Part shown: positions 43,925 to 44,308 of the stretch, in pieces
How positions within the stretch are numbered: position 1 is the first letter of the stretch
How the letters are laid out: the number at the start of each line of letters is the position of its first letter
NCBI GenBank assembly: GCA_964562635.1
Contig: CAZLUL010000001.1
Coordinates: forward strand, 1-44,308
Length of the DNA stretch: 44,308 nt
Reading direction: 5' to 3'
From: an uncultured Fibrobacteraceae bacterium
Lineage (GTDB): Bacteria > Krumholzibacteriota > Krumholzibacteriia > LZORAL124-64-63
Notes under the pieces: generated by a model
Database searches by the model: none
Told to the model about the DNA's origin: nothing
What the model saw: the letters and a program-made list of their open reading frames with translations, nothing else
Made by a program: the position numbers and the translations under genes

Positions 43925-44308
43925 CTATTTGACGAGGGTCATCTTCTTGATCGTCGAAACGCCCGAGCTGGTGGCGCGCATGAAGTACAAGCCACTGGCC
44001 TGACCGCGACTCTGATCGTCCTGCCCATCCCAGACCAAGGTGTGCCACCCCGTCCCGATGGCACCGCTGTGCAGGGACCGCACCCGGCGCCCGGAGATGT
44101 CATAGACTCCGAGTTCCAACTCGCCCCCGGCCGGAATGTACATCCGCACCGAAGTCGACGGGTTGAACGGGTTGGGATACGGGTTGTTCACCGTGAAGCC
44201 TGCCGCTGGAATCTGGTTGCCGTCGTCGACGCCCACCAGAGCCAGCGGGAAGAACACACCATCGCGTTTGACGTTGCCGCCAAAGGTCGGCCAGGGCACG
44301 TTGAGGCG
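43925..44308 (-). CDS. C-terminal fragment of a secreted protein carrying a T9SS/FlgD-Ig-like C-terminal sorting domain (N-terminus beyond the window)
   Basis: The frame stays open to the window edge. NPYPNPFNPSTSVRMYIPAGGELELGVYDISGRRVRSLHSG...HTLVWDGQDDQSRGQASGLYFMRA matches the familiar CTD pattern (NPFNPxT ... VYDxxGRxV ... WDGxD ... ASGxY). Confidence 0.7.
   Translation of the reverse strand, partial: RLNVPWPTFGGNVKRDGVFFPLALVGVDDGNQIPAAGFTVNNPYPNPFNPSTSVRMYIPAGGELELGVYDISGRRVRSLHSGAIGTGWHTLVWDGQDDQSRGQASGLYFMRATSSGVSTIKKMTLVK

Noticed and set aside
1-44308. Search for mobile elements, a prophage, defence systems (restriction-modification, CBASS, retron, Abi), toxin-antitoxin pairs, and rRNA or tRNA genes.
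   Set aside because: No integrase, transposase, reverse transcriptase, nuclease-helicase or small paired-ORF signatures were recognised. No terminal inverted repeats or att-like duplications were seen. The gene content is housekeeping with uniform codon style.

Overview
This is a GC-rich, gene-dense window that looks like core chromosome from a diderm bacterium. BamD, a LolCDE-type transporter, LPS heptosyltransferases and a T9SS-type C-terminal sorting domain all imply an outer membrane. An FCB-like or related uncultured lineage is plausible, but the taxon cannot be fixed from this sequence alone.

I call 39 protein-coding genes, 38 of them on the minus strand. Reading the minus strand from high to low coordinates:
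- a truncated T9SS cargo, a family-5 solute-binding lipoprotein, and a metzincin-like lipoprotein
- a HIT protein, the only plus-strand gene
- a PfkB kinase, lexA, and hsp20-lon
- an envelope-glycan gene train: four GT9 heptosyltransferase paralogues, gmhB, DUF3108, GT39, a phosphoglycosyl transferase, and acpS
- a phzF-like gene, an acyl-CoA dehydrogenase, and a TPR protein
- aroQ, efp, accB, pilT, accC, ftsK, rimO
- an orphan exported protein, bamD, nadD, polA, coaE
- prfB (with its programmed +1 frameshift), lysS, lolE, lolD, mcsA, mcsB, and clpC (partial)

I found no rRNA, tRNA, CRISPR array, transposase or integrase, and no recognisable defence or toxin-antitoxin module. I do not see a convincing wholly new multi-gene system.

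The leads most worth a second look are:
- the McsAB-ClpC arginine-phosphorylation module, translationally coupled to lolED in a diderm and lacking ctsR
- lon running straight into the four-GT9 glycan train
- an orphan pilT splitting accB from accC
- a multidomain lipoprotein with an atypically spaced zincin motif
- short tandem duplications at the 5' end of the solute-binding protein gene
- several structured or repeat-bearing leaders (phzF, the ACAD gene, hsp20, lexA, accC)

The many long plus-strand ORFs are antisense shadows of the minus-strand genes. Fine-scale coordinates were counted by hand and may be off by 1-2 nt. All family assignments come from motif recognition, not database searches.
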